This document shows, piece by piece, positions 16,624 to 24,406 of a DNA stretch of 24,406 bases. Source of the DNA: Bdellovibrionota bacterium (GTDB lineage Bacteria > Bdellovibrionota_C > UBA2361 > OMII01); the NCBI GenBank assembly GCA_044356215.1, contig JBIKWQ010000054.1, positions 1-24,406 of the forward strand. Direction: 5' to 3'. Under the pieces are notes generated by a model. It saw only the letters and a program-made list of their open reading frames with translations, had not been told where the DNA came from and ran no database searches. Numbering within the stretch: the stretch's first letter is position 1; each line of letters opens with the position of its first letter. The position numbers and the translations under genes are program-made.

Positions 16624-17472
16624 ATGAAGGGAGCGAACTTAATCCGCAAGTTGGTCGATTTAGCTTTAGAGGAAGACCTAGCGTTTGGTGATATAACTGC
16701 TGCGCTAACGGTGCCAGAGGATCATCGCTCAACGGCGCGGATTATCGCGCGGCAGGACCTGGTGATGTGTGGGTGTGAGGTGTTACCGGTAATTCTCCGT
16801 GAGGGACGATGGTCGATTGAGTCAAAAGTATTAGTTGAGGATGGCAACGCGTTAAAGTCTGATGATGTAATAGCTGAGCTAAAGGGGTCTACTCGCGATC
16901 TATTAGCCGCCGAGCGCACAATTCTTAATTTCTTGCAGCGACTCTGCGGTGTGGCAACTTACACCAGAAATTTTAGAAGCGTCGAGCCAGAGCTAATTGT
17001 GTTAGATACCCGCAAGACTATACCGGGTTGGAGAGTCTTGGATAAATACGCTGTAAGAGTCGGAGGAGGGCGTAATCACCGCTTCTGCTTAGGGGATATG
17101 ATTCTGGTTAAAAACAATCATATCGACGCCCATCCTGAGGGGATGCGTGCGGCATTGAAAGATATAGCTGAGAAGAAGCCTATCTACATGCCGTGGGAAG
17201 TCGAGGTGCGAAATCTTGACGAACTAAAGATCGCGCTTGAGTTTAAGCCAAACATCATCATGCTTGATAATTTTTCAGACGATACTATTAAGGAAGCAGT
17301 GGCTCTAGCTCGTGCGACCACGGACTCTCCGCTGTTAGAGGTATCAGGTGGGGTTACTCGTGAAAGATTGGATGCCATTAAAGAGACGGGGGTAGATGCC
17401 GTCTCTGTTGGCGCGCTGACGACCCAGGCGCCTAACGTTGATATCTCTATGCGTATCGAGCGTCAGAGATAA
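16624..17472 (+). CDS. nadC: Nicotinate-nucleotide diphosphorylase (quinolinate phosphoribosyltransferase)
   Basis: ALEED...GDIT, AERTILNFLQR, DTRKT.PG.R..DKYAV..GGG.NHR, EVEV, IMLDNF, EVSGG, SVGALT. Confidence 0.96.
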   Translation: MKGANLIRKLVDLALEEDLAFGDITAALTVPEDHRSTARIIARQDLVMCGCEVLPVILREGRWSIESKVLVEDGNALKSDDVIAELKGSTRDLLAAERTILNFLQRLCGVATYTRNFRSVEPELIVLDTRKTIPGWRVLDKYAVRVGGGRNHRFCLGDMILVKNNHIDAHPEGMRAALKDIAEKKPIYMPWEVEVRNLDELKIALEFKPNIIMLDNFSDDTIKEAVALARATTDSPLLEVSGGVTRERLDAIKETGVDAVSVGALTTQAPNVDISMRIERQR

Positions 17473-17485
17473 GGAAGAATTTAAG

Positions 17486-18265
17486 GTGTATTTAGAGGAG
17501 CAGATACCTGGTTTTGATTTAGCGAGGAGATATACCTCGGTAAGCTCCACCATGGATGTAGCTCGTCAACTAATTGAGGAACTCCCGGCAGGGAGGGGTG
17601 ACTTTCGTGGAGTAATCGTAGCCGATGAGCAGACCGCTGGAAGGGGACGCCAGGGGCGTAGCTGGTTGTCAGGTGCTGGGGCTTTTATGGCGACCTTTAT
17701 CTTGTCGTCACGAGCCCCGCTCGCCGCGCTTTCGGGATATTCGCTCTGCGTTGGGCTAGGTGTTGCCTGGGCTCTCGAGGCGATCGGCGTGAAGATCAAA
17801 CTTAAGTGGCCAAACGACCTTGTGTTTGCGGCTCCAAGTGGAGAGATCCGAAAGCTAGGAGGAATCTTAATCGAGGTTCATGAGGTCGGGCCGGAGCGCT
17901 ATATTTTAGTGGGTTTGGGAATTAACGTAAATCCAGCCCCGGAGGGTGTGAGGGATATAGCTATATCCCTAAGCGAATTGGGTGTTTTAGGTTGTAAGGC
18001 TAGTGAATTAACTGAGCCGCTTGCTTGCTCAATAAGCAAGGCTCACGACATATTTGTCACCTCAGGTGGTTTCGCCGGAATAAAGAGTGATTGGTCTAGT
18101 CGCTCGTGTTTTATCGAAAATAAAACCGAGCTCGCGCTCGATTTAGGTGATGGTAAAGTCATATCCGGAATATACTCGGGAGTCGCTGATAGTGGTGCTT
18201 TATTTCTCACCCATGATGGCAAAGTTCAATCAGTGGTATCGGGACATATATTATCTGTGACTTGA
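17486..18265 (+). CDS. birA: Biotin-protein ligase, monofunctional (no HTH)
   Basis: SSTMD, ADEQTAGRGRQGRSW, LKWPND, KLGGIL, GLGINV. GTG 17486 chosen to avoid overlap with nadC (ORF track start 17438). Confidence 0.9.
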   Translation: MYLEEQIPGFDLARRYTSVSSTMDVARQLIEELPAGRGDFRGVIVADEQTAGRGRQGRSWLSGAGAFMATFILSSRAPLAALSGYSLCVGLGVAWALEAIGVKIKLKWPNDLVFAAPSGEIRKLGGILIEVHEVGPERYILVGLGINVNPAPEGVRDIAISLSELGVLGCKASELTEPLACSISKAHDIFVTSGGFAGIKSDWSSRSCFIENKTELALDLGDGKVISGIYSGVADSGALFLTHDGKVQSVVSGHILSVT

Positions 18266-18269
18266 ATCA

Positions 18270-20108
18270 ATGAGCGATAATCGAGGCGAACAGATCGGTT
18301 TCCCATGGGCGTTAATACTAGCGTGGTTTGTAATTTATCTATCGCTACAGGCGCTCTTTGTTGGTCAATCCGGTATTAGTAGCAGCTCGGAGGCGCGTGA
18401 GGTTCAGGTAATTGATGTAATGCTTAGAGAAGGCACATGGGCATTGCCTCTGCGTAACGGAGTAATCCCATCTAAGCCACCGCTTTATCACTGGCTTGGC
18501 GCCGGTGTTTCTATCGTTGCTGGAGGTGTTAGCGAGTTCTCCGCGCGGTTTACCTCACAGATATGCTGCGCTGTTACAATGATCTTAGTGGCTTTAACCA
18601 CATTTAAGTTCGCGAGCCTTACCCGTACCTATCAGGGAAATAGACATCCTCGGAGAGCTGCCCTTATCGCATGCGCGGTTGCATCGCTAACGTATGGCTT
18701 CTACCAGATGGGTTGCTTGGCGATGGTGGATATGACCTTTACCCTAACATTGTGGCTGGTTTTGGCGGCGGTGATTCTGGGGATTAGAAGTAGCTCGATA
18801 GAAGGCACTTACCTTTCAGAGTTCGGCCGAACGTTCTTCTGGTTATTTTGCGCGTTAGCAGTTCTAGCGAGGGGACCACTTGGTCTTGTGCTGCCGGTGG
18901 CGCTAGCTGGTGTGGCTGGCATCTGTGTCGTTGGTTTTAAGAAAACTGCTGGATTGTTCTTAAAACCTAGCTTTGGATGGCTTGCGGTGCTGATACCCCT
19001 TGTTTGGTACTATTTAGCTTATCGCGTAGGGGGTGATGCTTTTGTTGAGAGGCAGATCTTATTTGAGAACATTAAGCGTTTCTCAGGTGGTGAGTTTGTT
19101 AATTCTGAGAGCTGGTGGTTCTATTTTCCATCTCTTTTAAGGACGACTTTCCCTTGGGGAGTAATCCTGCTGATTTTTTTATTTAAGGGCGTTTTCTCTA
19201 AGAGCACAGTTTCATATCGAGGGTCGGAAGCCCTGTCGCGGTGGCTGCCTAGTATACTTCTTTTTTTCGGACTTGGACTCCTCTCGCTCTCTTCAGGGAA
19301 ACGTCATTCATACCTCGTTCCTTTGCTACCGTTGATTGCGGTGCAGTTGGGGGTAGAGATCTCTTCAGCTTTTGAGCGCGGAGGGGCGGCGTTACGGGTC
19401 AGGACTTTACGCGCTGGGAGAGCGACAGAGATCTCTTTGACCGCGTTCGCGATGATACTTATCTTTGGAATGAGCGCGCTTGTTGAGTTGGGGATCCTAT
19501 CCAACGCTGAGCTTCGCGACGCCTACGCTGCTATTCCGATGGTGATAGCGCGTTTAGCGATTATTATCGGAGCTATCGCTATTGTAACGGTGATCGGCGC
19601 GAGAAGAGGGGTATTTGGATCGCTTGTTTCAGTTTGGTTTCTAATGGTTGTGATCATGACCGGTGTTGTTAACGGCGGATTAGCCGTCAAAGCGCACCTT
19701 AAGGGATTTGATGACATGGCGCGTGCCTGGCTAGATACGGCCGGCAAGGGTGAGCGGCTAGCGGTTTTTAAGCATCCGTTTGATGAGTACTTTGATCCGA
19801 TCCTGTTTTATGTAAGGCGACCGGTAGAGCTTCTATCTTTAGACTCATTCTCAAGGGAGTGCGACCCCAGCACTGTATATGCCGGAAAGAGATCGTGGCT
19901 CGACGCGCACGAAGATCTTTTTAGAGGGGATATTATAAGAATAGTGACTTTGCGTGAAAGATTTTTAGCTAGGCGTGGGGACAGTCAGCGGGACCTGGTG
20001 TTTTTCCGGTGCAGTAAGTATCGACGCGAAGAGGCGCCGAGAGAGCCGGAGCAGATGTTGCGGGATGCGGGGTTGTGGTTCAAGAGAAGAGGAAACCACA
20101 GAGGTTAG
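18270..20108 (+). CDS. ArnT/PMT-like GT-C membrane glycosyltransferase (lipid-phosphate-sugar donor)
   Basis: EAR.......M...G.W..P..NG...SKPPLYHWL, EFSAR, A.VDM, LARGPLG..LP, WWFY......FPW, SSGKRHSYL.P; many TM helices. Confidence 0.85.
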   Translation: MSDNRGEQIGFPWALILAWFVIYLSLQALFVGQSGISSSSEAREVQVIDVMLREGTWALPLRNGVIPSKPPLYHWLGAGVSIVAGGVSEFSARFTSQICCAVTMILVALTTFKFASLTRTYQGNRHPRRAALIACAVASLTYGFYQMGCLAMVDMTFTLTLWLVLAAVILGIRSSSIEGTYLSEFGRTFFWLFCALAVLARGPLGLVLPVALAGVAGICVVGFKKTAGLFLKPSFGWLAVLIPLVWYYLAYRVGGDAFVERQILFENIKRFSGGEFVNSESWWFYFPSLLRTTFPWGVILLIFLFKGVFSKSTVSYRGSEALSRWLPSILLFFGLGLLSLSSGKRHSYLVPLLPLIAVQLGVEISSAFERGGAALRVRTLRAGRATEISLTAFAMILIFGMSALVELGILSNAELRDAYAAIPMVIARLAIIIGAIAIVTVIGARRGVFGSLVSVWFLMVVIMTGVVNGGLAVKAHLKGFDDMARAWLDTAGKGERLAVFKHPFDEYFDPILFYVRRPVELLSLDSFSRECDPSTVYAGKRSWLDAHEDLFRGDIIRIVTLRERFLARRGDSQRDLVFFRCSKYRREEAPREPEQMLRDAGLWFKRRGNHRG

Positions 20109-20411
20109 GATTAGAGGAGCATCTTTTGGAGCGCGGCGCTCCCGCGCCGCTTTGTGTGGGGTTGCGTGGTGGGCGTCGTGGGATTGGATATTGCTACGCA
20201 CACGTCATCTGGATTCGTCTCTCTCCGTGGCCCTCTGCGACCTCGGTGTAGACTTTCTTCTGAGATAGTCCTACAGGCTTGTGGGGAAGGAAGGAGAAAC
20301 CACAGAGGTACGCAGAGGATCACAGAGGCTAGGATTAGAGGAGCATCTTTCGGGGCGCGGCGCTCCCGCGCCTCTTTGTGTGGGGTTGCGTGGTTGGAGT
20401 CGTGGGATTGG
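20097..20411. repeat. Two 91-bp direct repeats (20097-20187, 20321-20411) interleaved with CACAGAGG-type REP units
   Basis: Copies differ at 6 of 91 positions by hand alignment; each has a GC-rich core GCGCGGCGCTCCCGCGC. REP units at 20221-20249 (inverted), 20298-20328, 20469-20498 and about 20549-20560. Confidence 0.85.
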
Positions 20412-20799
20412 CCCCCATGTCATCGTGATTCGCTGAGTGGATCCCTCTTACTGTAGCAGATATTTTTTAACATAGAGGACGCAAAGGACGCGGAGGGGAG
20501 AGCCTGGATTATTAGTAAGGGGTGCCGGATTCATATCCAATTCTACTTCCTCCGCGGTAAAAATTAAAAACTTCAGACTCTTTTAAGAAGTTTAAATCCC
20601 CTCAAAAAGCCCCCAACATCGCGCACCTGTTATGTTAATCCCCGCATCTATAACTTCGAGGAGTAGTGACGCGTAAAATTAGCATGCTTGGGTAAGCATC
20701 TGATTATACAAACAAAAAGCAAGTGCCTTGGCTCCTCTAATTTTGTAAACACCTCCTTACGGGATCATAAATATCTAGGTAGCGTTAAGTTTGAGACAT

Positions 20800-21816
20800 A
20801 TGAGCGGTAGTTCGAGATTACCAGAAACGGCTAATATTAATGGAGCCCGGGTATTTGTGACCGGAGGTGCCGGTTTTATCGGCTCTCACCTCACGCAGGC
20901 TCTTTTGAAGCGCGGCGCAGCACAGGTAACGATAATCGATAGCCTGCGCTACGGCGATCTAGCTAATTTAGGGAAGCAAGAAAGGGTTAGTGTAATTCAA
21001 CATACACTTGGAAAAGATCCTGTTAGCAAACTTGAATCCCTAATCAGTGGGCATGACCTGCTCTTTCATCTGGCTGCCGAGAAGCACAATCAATCAAAAG
21101 ATTCTCCATACGATGTCATACGAGCTAATATAGACGGGACTCTTGAGGTCTTTACTGCGGCCGCCAAGGCAGGAGTTAAAAAGATCGTTTATACGTCATC
21201 GCTCTATGCCAATGGCAGAGTGATAGGGGATGACCTAAAGGAGAGCGACGTTCCTTGCCCAAGAACCGTTTACGGGATGACTAAGCTGGCGGGGGAGCAC
21301 CTCCTTCAATTTATAAAAGCCCAGTACGGAGTGCCGTTTTCCGCTATCAGATACATGTTTGTCTACGGACCGAAGCAGTTCGCAGGCATGGGATATAAAT
21401 CGGTCATAGTTAAAAATTTTGAACGGATATTTGCCGGGCAGAAGCCGGTGATTTTCGGTGATGGTCAGCAGGTGCTCGACTACATTTTCGTCGACGATGC
21501 CGTCGAGGCAACGATCAGAGCAATGGAGATTGATACCGCTGGGGAAGTTCTTAATGTTGGAAGTGGCCAAGGGGTGTCTGTTGAGAGCTTGGTAAGAACG
21601 ATGTGCAAAGTCGCCGGTGTCTCTTATCAACCGATATTTGAAGGGGCCGATTGGACCGCGGGCACAAGACGGGTTGGCGATGTATCTAAAGCCCTAAAAT
21701 CACTTGCGTGGGCTCCGTCGGTTAATCTTGAGAGCGGACTCGGGTTAACAGCTAATTGGATTAAGGATTCTATAAAACGAAGCGCTTTAGTTTCTGGTGG
21801 CGAATGCCGACCTTAG
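20800..21816 (+). CDS. NAD-dependent nucleotide-sugar epimerase/dehydratase (extended SDR)
   Basis: VTGGAGFIG, FHLAA, YTSS, YGMTK (YxxxK), VYGP, IFGDG.Q..DYIFVDD. ATG 20800 preferred over TTG 20791. Confidence 0.92.
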   Translation: MSGSSRLPETANINGARVFVTGGAGFIGSHLTQALLKRGAAQVTIIDSLRYGDLANLGKQERVSVIQHTLGKDPVSKLESLISGHDLLFHLAAEKHNQSKDSPYDVIRANIDGTLEVFTAAAKAGVKKIVYTSSLYANGRVIGDDLKESDVPCPRTVYGMTKLAGEHLLQFIKAQYGVPFSAIRYMFVYGPKQFAGMGYKSVIVKNFERIFAGQKPVIFGDGQQVLDYIFVDDAVEATIRAMEIDTAGEVLNVGSGQGVSVESLVRTMCKVAGVSYQPIFEGADWTAGTRRVGDVSKALKSLAWAPSVNLESGLGLTANWIKDSIKRSALVSGGECRP

Positions 21817-21868
21817 TGAAGCGGAAGGGAAGTGGATTAAATCGATCGTGATGGGAAGATAAGAAGCT

Positions 21869-24169
21869 ATGTGCAACAACGATACAGCTAATTTCGGCCA
21901 GGAGAATGTGATAGACGGCGCCGCTGCGAGGTCTCCAAGCGATAAGTTTGAGCTTACTGTGTTGGCCCCGTGTTTTAACGAGGCGAAGAATATTCCCGAG
22001 CTAGTCTCACGGCTATGTAATGTTTTTCAGAAAAAAGGAATCAACGGTGAGATAGTCCTAGTTGACGACGCCAGTACTGATGACACGCGCGCTGTAATGA
22101 AGCGTCTGGCTGAGGAATATACCCAGCTGTCACTGGTTTATCACCAGAGGAATCAGGGCATAGCCGCGGCGTGGCGTTCTGGGCTACAAGCTGCTCGTGG
22201 AGAGTATGTTTGTTTAATCGACGCGGATCTGCAAAATCTTCCCGAGGATGTTTGGAGGCTTTACCGTGAGATTAAATTCACCAACGCCGATATGGTGCAG
22301 GGATATCGTAGCTCAATCGGCAGACTTAAGGATTCGCGCTATCTCTTAAGTCGAGGTCTGAATTTCATCCTCAATTCTCTCTTCTCGATGAATCTTCGTG
22401 ATAACAAATCGGGATTTGTGATAGCGCCGCGCGAAGTGATGCAAGATGTCATCAGATTTCAGCGTAAATATAACTTCGCCAACAGTTTTATCGCTGTGTC
22501 GGCTCATTCAAAGGGATATTCGATTCGCGAGATAGAGACCCTCTTTCAAAATCGTATGATGGGAGTGTCGTACTTAGCCAGATTCCCGATAAGAGCCGTA
22601 GTTAGGTGCTTTGCTGACCTTGTCCCAGCATTTATGGAGTTTCGGGTATCTACCAAGAATGAGAACTTACTCCAGGATTTTCTAAAGAGTAATAAGCCTA
22701 CCCGAAGTGATGAGCCCCTTACTGGATGGCGTAAATGGGGGCTAGATCTCTTTTTTAAGACCATGCCGCTGCATAAGTGGTTAATTACATCTAAGGCCCG
22801 CAATTACTACGATGAGTTAAAGCAGAGCCAGTGGCTCACTTTGGCTCAGATCCGTGAGCTTCAAGAGCAGAAGTTAAGAAAGTTAGTGAGGCACGCGTAT
22901 CAGCACGTGCCGTTTTATCGTCAACGATTCGATGAAGCTGGAATTAAGCCTACTGATATCAGAACCCTTGATGATCTGACCAAGATTCCGTTGCTATCAA
23001 AACAGGATGTTAGAGAGAATCTTTACTTCGATCTAATGTCTGATAATCACAAGAAGTCCGAGGTCTTAAGAATTCAAACGAGCGGCTCAACAGGAGAGCC
23101 GTTTGTGTGCTTCGCCGATCGTCATCAGCTCGAGATACGCTGGGCTGCCACACAGCGCAGCCTTGAGTGGACAGGATATCGTTTCGGAGATAAGCAGGCG
23201 CGCCTCTGGCACCAGACAATCGGAATGAGCTTCTTGCAAGTAGCTCGCGAAAAGTTAGATGCTCTAATTAATCGCCGCCTATTTGTTCCGGCGTATGAGC
23301 TATCTGACAATAATCTCCGCTTATTTATTGAGAAGATCGTAAAACATCAGCCGGTCTTGATAGATGGGTACGCGGAATCGCTTAATTTCTTGGCGCACTA
23401 TGTTAAAGAGCACGGTATCCCTGGTTTTAGACCTAAGGCGCTTGTCTCTTCTGCGCAAGCTCTGCCTGATCAGAGTCGTGAGATTATCGAGAAGGCATTT
23501 GGTTGCAAGGTATTTGATAAATACGGCAGCCGTGAGTTCTCAGGTATAGCGTACGAGTGCGAAGAGCACGATGGACATCACGTCGTGGCGGAGTCGTACA
23601 TAGTTGAGATCCTAAAGGACGGCCGTCCAGCTAGGCCAGGAGAGGTTGGCGAGATCGTGATTACCGATCTGTCGAATCACTGCCTTCCGTTTCTTCGTTA
23701 CAGGATCGGTGACCTCGCTGTGGCCGTTGATAATAACGTCACCTGCGGATGCGGGCGTGGATTACCTCGTATCGGCAAGATCGAGGGGCGTGTGCAAGCG
23801 ATCATCGTTGGAACAAACGGCAACTATGTTCCTGGAACCTTCTTCGCGCACCTGTTTAAGGACTACGACTGTGTCGTTAGGCAGTACCAGGTAGTTCAGG
23901 AAGAGGTCGGATCGATCAAGCTAAAAGTCATTAAGGCCTCGGCTTTCAATGATGAGGCCTTTGGAGAGGTTCTACGTGAGCTACGTAAATTCCTCGGTGC
24001 TGATATGCGAATTGACGTTGAGTTCGTCGATAATATCCCGATGGTCAGGACTGGTAAGCGCCAGGGAAGTATATCGAAGATCCAGATGGACTTTCAGCAG
24101 ATCGAGGCCCCGGTCTTGGCGACCGTAGGGGCGGAAGAGGTTATCAGTGGGAATGGGGGAGTGGTTTAG
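21869..24169 (+). CDS. Fusion: ArnC/DPM1-like GT2 glycosyltransferase plus CapK/PaaK-like (ANL superfamily) adenylate-forming ligase
   Basis: N-terminal part PCFNE..NI, VDDASTD, NQG.A.A...G...ARG, IDADLQN.PED, DMVQGYR, D.KSGF. C-terminal part HAY.HVPFYR, IPLLSKQD, TSGSTGEP, YGSRE, GEIVITDL, RYRIGD, CGCGR, IEGR, GKR. One continuous frame. Confidence 0.88.
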   Translation: MCNNDTANFGQENVIDGAAARSPSDKFELTVLAPCFNEAKNIPELVSRLCNVFQKKGINGEIVLVDDASTDDTRAVMKRLAEEYTQLSLVYHQRNQGIAAAWRSGLQAARGEYVCLIDADLQNLPEDVWRLYREIKFTNADMVQGYRSSIGRLKDSRYLLSRGLNFILNSLFSMNLRDNKSGFVIAPREVMQDVIRFQRKYNFANSFIAVSAHSKGYSIREIETLFQNRMMGVSYLARFPIRAVVRCFADLVPAFMEFRVSTKNENLLQDFLKSNKPTRSDEPLTGWRKWGLDLFFKTMPLHKWLITSKARNYYDELKQSQWLTLAQIRELQEQKLRKLVRHAYQHVPFYRQRFDEAGIKPTDIRTLDDLTKIPLLSKQDVRENLYFDLMSDNHKKSEVLRIQTSGSTGEPFVCFADRHQLEIRWAATQRSLEWTGYRFGDKQARLWHQTIGMSFLQVAREKLDALINRRLFVPAYELSDNNLRLFIEKIVKHQPVLIDGYAESLNFLAHYVKEHGIPGFRPKALVSSAQALPDQSREIIEKAFGCKVFDKYGSREFSGIAYECEEHDGHHVVAESYIVEILKDGRPARPGEVGEIVITDLSNHCLPFLRYRIGDLAVAVDNNVTCGCGRGLPRIGKIEGRVQAIIVGTNGNYVPGTFFAHLFKDYDCVVRQYQVVQEEVGSIKLKVIKASAFNDEAFGEVLRELRKFLGADMRIDVEFVDNIPMVRTGKRQGSISKIQMDFQQIEAPVLATVGAEEVISGNGGVV

Positions 24170-24178
24170 GGAGTCCCA

Positions 24179-24291
24179 CGTGAACGTGCTCGTGCACTTA
24201 AACGTGACCGTACCCGATCCGCCACTTTTAACATCTTAGCTCGGCTACTGTTTGACCCTGAATTCGGGTACTTTTCTCGTTTACGTACACG
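24179..24291. repeat. Inverted pair of degenerate hexamer (CGTGnn) REP-like tracts
   Basis: CGTGAA CGTGCT CGTGCA CTTAAA CGTGAC CGTACCCGA (24179-24217) faces TCGGGTAC...CGTTTACGTACACG (24264-24291). Confidence 0.6.
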
Positions 24292-24379
24292 TCAGGTTTG
24301 CTTGGTTAAAGTAGCAGATATCAGATTCGCAAATTATGTAGATTTTGTTTTGGTGGGAAGGTGCGTATAAGAAGAATGA

Positions 24380-24405
24380 GGCGAGCCACAATTCAGTGGC
24401 TCGCC
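24380..24405 (-). terminator. Hairpin, probable terminator of a convergent gene outside the window
   Basis: Perfect 10-bp stem GGCGAGCCAC / GTGGCTCGCC with a 6-nt loop; pyrimidine-rich tail on the minus strand. Confidence 0.5.
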
Positions 24406-24406
24406 G

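Noticed and set aside
20097..20411. Possible CRISPR array
   Set aside because: Only two 91-bp copies, 133 nt apart; no cas genes; sizes do not fit.
19965..20456. Overlapping ORFs of 70-100 aa across the repeat patch
   Set aside because: They translate the repeats (the same RIRGASFGARRSRA peptide appears twice), have no SD and no recognisable family.
20750..20759. CACCTCCTTA, an anti-SD-like word (perfect SD on the minus strand)
   Set aside because: No suitably spaced start codon or credible ORF follows, and there is no flanking rRNA similarity.
340..23894. Numerous 60-130 aa antisense or alternate-frame ORFs in the track
   Set aside because: They overlap well-supported genes and show no recognisable motifs; treated as shadow ORFs.

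Overview
Bacterial chromosomal window, mostly core metabolism: a disrupted GroES-like gene, gltA, a tandem cNMP-domain protein behind a sigma-28-type promoter, an alpha/beta-hydrolase, an orphan divergent flagellin-like protein, sucA, an exonuclease I (SbcB)-like protein, a small TrmB-regulator / hypothetical / AAA_14-DUF4143 ATPase block with palindromic operators, and a probable operon dnaE - AI-2E - nadC - birA - ArnT-like glycosyltransferase. It ends with an NDP-sugar epimerase/dehydratase and a fusion of an ArnC/DPM1-like GT2 domain to a CapK/PaaK-like adenylating domain. Intergenic DNA holds several families of palindromic miniature elements: a TAGGGAAG-ended family, one copy of which truncates the GroES-like gene; a 153-bp MITE with a 9-bp target duplication; CACAGAGG-type REPs; and hexamer REPs. 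Best candidates for undescribed biology are (i) the epimerase + GT2::adenylation fusion + ArnT-like set as a lipid-carrier glycosylation pathway, (ii) the strand-asymmetric palindromic element family, (iii) the orphan flagellin-like protein and the sigma-28-controlled cNMP protein, and (iv) the operator-flanked TrmB/ATPase block. No rRNA, tRNA, CRISPR array or transposase was recognised. All family calls come from motifs read by eye, not from database searches.
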